A stretch of DNA of 64,000 bases from Leptogorgia sarmentosa. Its lineage: Eukaryota. This document shows, one piece after another, positions 62,796-64,000 of the stretch. Numbering within the stretch: the first letter of the stretch is position 1; each line of letters begins with the position of its first letter. The stretch lies in assembly GCA_964658305.1 (NCBI GenBank), contig OZ210885.1:15562001-15626000 (forward strand), read 5' to 3'. A program made the translations under genes and the position numbers. The notes under the pieces were generated by a model that was not told the origin of the DNA, did no database searches, and saw nothing but the letters and a program-made list of their open reading frames with translations.

Positions 62796-64000
62796 ATGAA
62801 ATTTGTGAATAAACTGAAGTACGATGGTGAAATATACAGATGGACCGGTCTTCTTAACGAATTAAAACAATTCGTTGACGAATGTCTGGGAATCAAGGGG
62901 AAATGGACGTCACCTGGTGGTGATGTCAAGCTGTTTACGGCCATCGTTCCTAACCTTGTCATTAAATGGAAAGGCCCTCGTTCGCAAAAACTTGAGATAG
63001 TAGCTGATAATTGTGACCACTACCTAGAGGAGAAGCTTAACGAACTGACCGTTGTCAACCAAAACAAACAAGTAAGTGAACGTGAATCATCTACTAAGAA
63101 TGACGATCTATCGAAGCCATGTGTTTGCACTTGCAAATGTTCTGGTGGAATCACCGTGGCTAGCCTTGAGGGTTTGAAGCTGGATGTAGCTATTCTTGAG
63201 TCGCGTCTTGATATGGTTAGCTCAAGTGGCAAGTTAATCACAGAACTAAAATCAATTCGAAGCAAACAACAAGACGCCGAAGCAACAATCCGAAAACAAG
63301 AAGAGATCATACGTAAAATCTCTGAGGACAATGAATTCTTTAAAGCAAAATTAGAATCCCTCATGAACGTTATCCCTGTTGTATCCCATAATAGTTATGA
63401 GAACAATACCAGTAAGAAAAGAGGCAATGGGTCGGGAGATTCAACAATTTTATTAGACGATCCCTTATTTCGTGATGGGCAGAATAAAACCTACAAACCC
63501 GCTAGTTCAATTACCGACAATGTACCCACCATCGCTAGCGCTCAACATCATGATGGAGAACTTTCAAATAACGCGCCCACCACTAGTCAATTTGGTAATG
63601 AAACCGCTTCCGATGATGTTAATACGAACGCTAATACGAATATTAATAAAGATCTATTCCAGTTACAATTGAAGAACTATCATAATAAACAAAAAGAAAG
63701 GTTTATGCGTAAACAACAAAGAAATTGCACGCATGGCAGAACTTTGCTTAATTCACAAAGATCTCAGTCAAATCAAAGTCAAGGTCAAACTAGTGCCCGT
63801 TCCAAAACCACCTATTCGAGGAATAACTTGAAGAATCATCTTTCATTTATATCATGCCGTAGTCGAGGAAGTCAATATCCCTCTAAGTTGAGTAGAAGAG
63901 GTACTTTCCCTTTTCGGGTGAATCAACCACGCCGTCGCAACCATTCGACCTATACGGCTTACGACCAAGCATCAGACTGGAAGAAATACCTCAGGTATGT
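62796..64000 (+). CDS. Probable CR1/L2-clade non-LTR retrotransposon ORF1, running off the window
   Basis: Frame appears open from ATG 62796 (MKFVNKLKYDGEIYRWTG..ELKQFV..GKWTSPGGDVKLF), then a coiled coil, to ..SDWKKYLRY at the edge. Family call is from recalled similarity only. Confidence 0.55.
   Translation, partial: MKFVNKLKYDGEIYRWTGLLNELKQFVDECLGIKGKWTSPGGDVKLFTAIVPNLVIKWKGPRSQKLEIVADNCDHYLEEKLNELTVVNQNKQVSERESSTKNDDLSKPCVCTCKCSGGITVASLEGLKLDVAILESRLDMVSSSGKLITELKSIRSKQQDAEATIRKQEEIIRKISEDNEFFKAKLESLMNVIPVVSHNSYENNTSKKRGNGSGDSTILLDDPLFRDGQNKTYKPASSITDNVPTIASAQHHDGELSNNAPTTSQFGNETASDDVNTNANTNINKDLFQLQLKNYHNKQKERFMRKQQRNCTHGRTLLNSQRSQSNQSQGQTSARSKTTYSRNNLKNHLSFISCRSRGSQYPSKLSRRGTFPFRVNQPRRRNHSTYTAYDQASDWKKYLRY

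Overview
This is AT-rich eukaryotic DNA (about 35-40% GC by eye, GT-AG introns, an invertebrate and probably cnidarian-like repeat repertoire). Almost all of it is nested transposable elements, and I found no clearly intact host gene. Left to right: (1) an apparently intact 5.2-kb Mutator (MULE) element with an 8-bp TSD, encoding a spliced PHD-FLYWCH-DDE transposase. (2) Penelope-like retroelement fragments with hammerhead-ribozyme motifs. (3) A decayed RAG1/Transib/Chapaev-like transposase. (4) A 12.5-kb TIR/TSD-bounded element carrying a Ser/Thr kinase, a putative papain-like (C76/DUB-like) domain and a MULE-type transposase with a SWIM finger, itself interrupted by a young BEL/Pao LTR retrotransposon. 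(5) hAT MITEs and a scrambled PB1/NHL/transposase-like relic. (6) Sola-like, YqaJ, hAT and Harbinger relics, with a near-intact hAT inserted in the Harbinger end. (7) A truncated Gypsy element. (8) About 11 kb of a decaying Polinton/Maverick virus: triple GRF-zinc-finger ORF, intron-containing pPolB, ATPase, minor capsid, protease and major capsid, with a divergent promoter containing 6 x TACGTG. (9) A ZBED4-like hAT and a CR1/L2-like ORF1. The best novelty candidates are the kinase/protease/transposase Mutator element and the Polinton regulatory and accessory module. All family calls come from reading motifs by eye; no database searches were run.
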